A stretch of DNA of 64,000 nucleotides from Octopus bimaculoides (lineage: Eukaryota). Under the pieces are notes generated by a model. The model was not told the origin of the DNA. It ran no database searches and worked only from the letters and a program-made list of their open reading frames with translations. The stretch is from positions 96,647,327 to 96,711,326 of the forward strand of contig NC_068987.1 in the NCBI RefSeq assembly GCF_001194135.2. Reading direction: 5' to 3'. The position numbers were made by a program, and so were the translations under genes. Position 1 is the first letter of the stretch, and each line of letters opens with the position of its first letter. Positions 62,835-64,000 of the stretch are shown in pieces.

Positions 62835-63892
62835 GTTTTCACATACCTTTTGTTGGAATCAAAGGGCTTTAGAGTTGATTTAGCAAAGACCAAAGTCCTA
62901 ATAAGTAGGAAAACAGACAAATCACAAATCCCTTCAGGGAGATGGCCCTGCTCAATATGTAGAAAATGTATTGATAGAAACTCGATATGGTGTACCCATT
63001 GCAAGCTATGGGCACATGAGAGGTGCAACGATATCACTAGAAGATTAATAGAGAAAATAGTCTTTACATGTGGCAGATGTGCAGGTACATTAAACACTAA
63101 GAATGTACAGAAAGTAGACTTTCAGTACATTCTTAGTGGGGGGGGGGGCTTTAAAAGTAGTAGACAGTTTCTGTTACTTAGGTGACCAAGTTAGCAATGA
63201 TGGAGGTTATTCCAAAAGCATGGCTGCTAGAATAAAAATGGGCTGGGAAAAGTTCAGAGAACTGCTACCTCTGTTAGTAACAAAAGACCTCTTTCTTTGT
63301 GCATGAACAGCTATGCTGCATGACTGTTAGACATAGACCGTGACTGCTGAAGACATGGGAAGACTTGAAAGAAATGAAGCCAGCTGGGTGGGTAATAGTG
63401 TGCATATATAAGAGCGTATAAGTGTTTTGTGAGAAAAACTGGGTATGTGAGGCATCAGATATAGTGTGCAAGAGAGAAGACTGCCAGTACAGTCATGTAA
63501 TGCATATGGATGAGGACAGCTGCATAAAGAAGTGCCGATCTCTAATTGTGGAGGGAACGTGTGGAAAGGGTAAACCCAGAAAGATGTGATCTGAAATGGT
63601 GAGAAAGGATTTTCAGATGACAAGGGACCAAGGCTTCTGGTTGTTTGTTGTGCTTGAGAAGACATGTCAAGCTAAGTAAAATCATGGTTGTCCTTGCATA
63701 CAGGCATGTCCCGCTACATCCTTCTGCAGCTGAGTGATCCTAACTTTTGTGGGCTCATGGGTGCTGGTGCCATGTAGAAACCATGCCAAAACAGATGTGG
63801 AGCCCAGGCAGCTCTTCAGCTGGCCAGTTCCTGTTAAACCATCCGATCCATGCCAGCATGGAAAACAGACATTAAATGATGATGATGATGAT
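62835..63892 (+). mobile_element. RTE-clade LINE 3' ~1 kb with 3'UTR and (GAT)n tail
   Basis: ESKGFRVDLAKTK, C4HC3 insert, frameshifted F-YLG motif, ARIKMGWEKFRELLPLL, RTCGKGKPRK; ends ccatgccagcatggaaaacagacattaaatgatgatg. Confidence 0.9.
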
Positions 63893-64000
63893 TTTCAAGT
63901 TAAAGTTGAGATTCAGTCTTGGATTTTTCCCTCATTTATATATCTACACAAAGCTCTTTTATTTAAAATTGTAAGTACAGATCTACTATTCACTTTTAGT

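Overview
AT-rich, microsatellite- and retroposon-dense metazoan genomic DNA with 8 N gaps. The repeat families look like those of Octopus; this is recalled similarity, not a database check. Only one gene is confidently identified: RRP8 (19969-20991, minus), whose CDS is uninterrupted. It has a plausible small upstream exon at 24325-24359 overlapping a CDE/CHR-E2F motif. A strong first coding exon of an unidentified minus-strand gene sits in a CpG-rich promoter (10016-10184; YY1, CRE and E2F motifs), and a weaker first-exon candidate lies at 49650. The rest is two tRNA-derived SINE families, RTE-LINE bodies and many RTE 3'-end fragments with (GAT)n tails, R4/Dong-type RLE retrotransposon fragments in microsatellites, mariner/maT and hAT remnants and MITEs, and Penelope-like ends. 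The most unusual observations are: a 207-bp insertion with two tandem hammerhead-ribozyme-like cores; a C4HC3 PHD finger inside the RT of the local RTE family; a 162-bp, ~97% identical inverted repeat bracketing a candidate exon; an R4-type element apparently targeting (CATA)/(CA)n repeats; and three foldback hairpins around the 49.6-kb CpG-rich region. No prokaryotic-type systems (CRISPR etc.) or intact tRNA/rRNA genes were seen.
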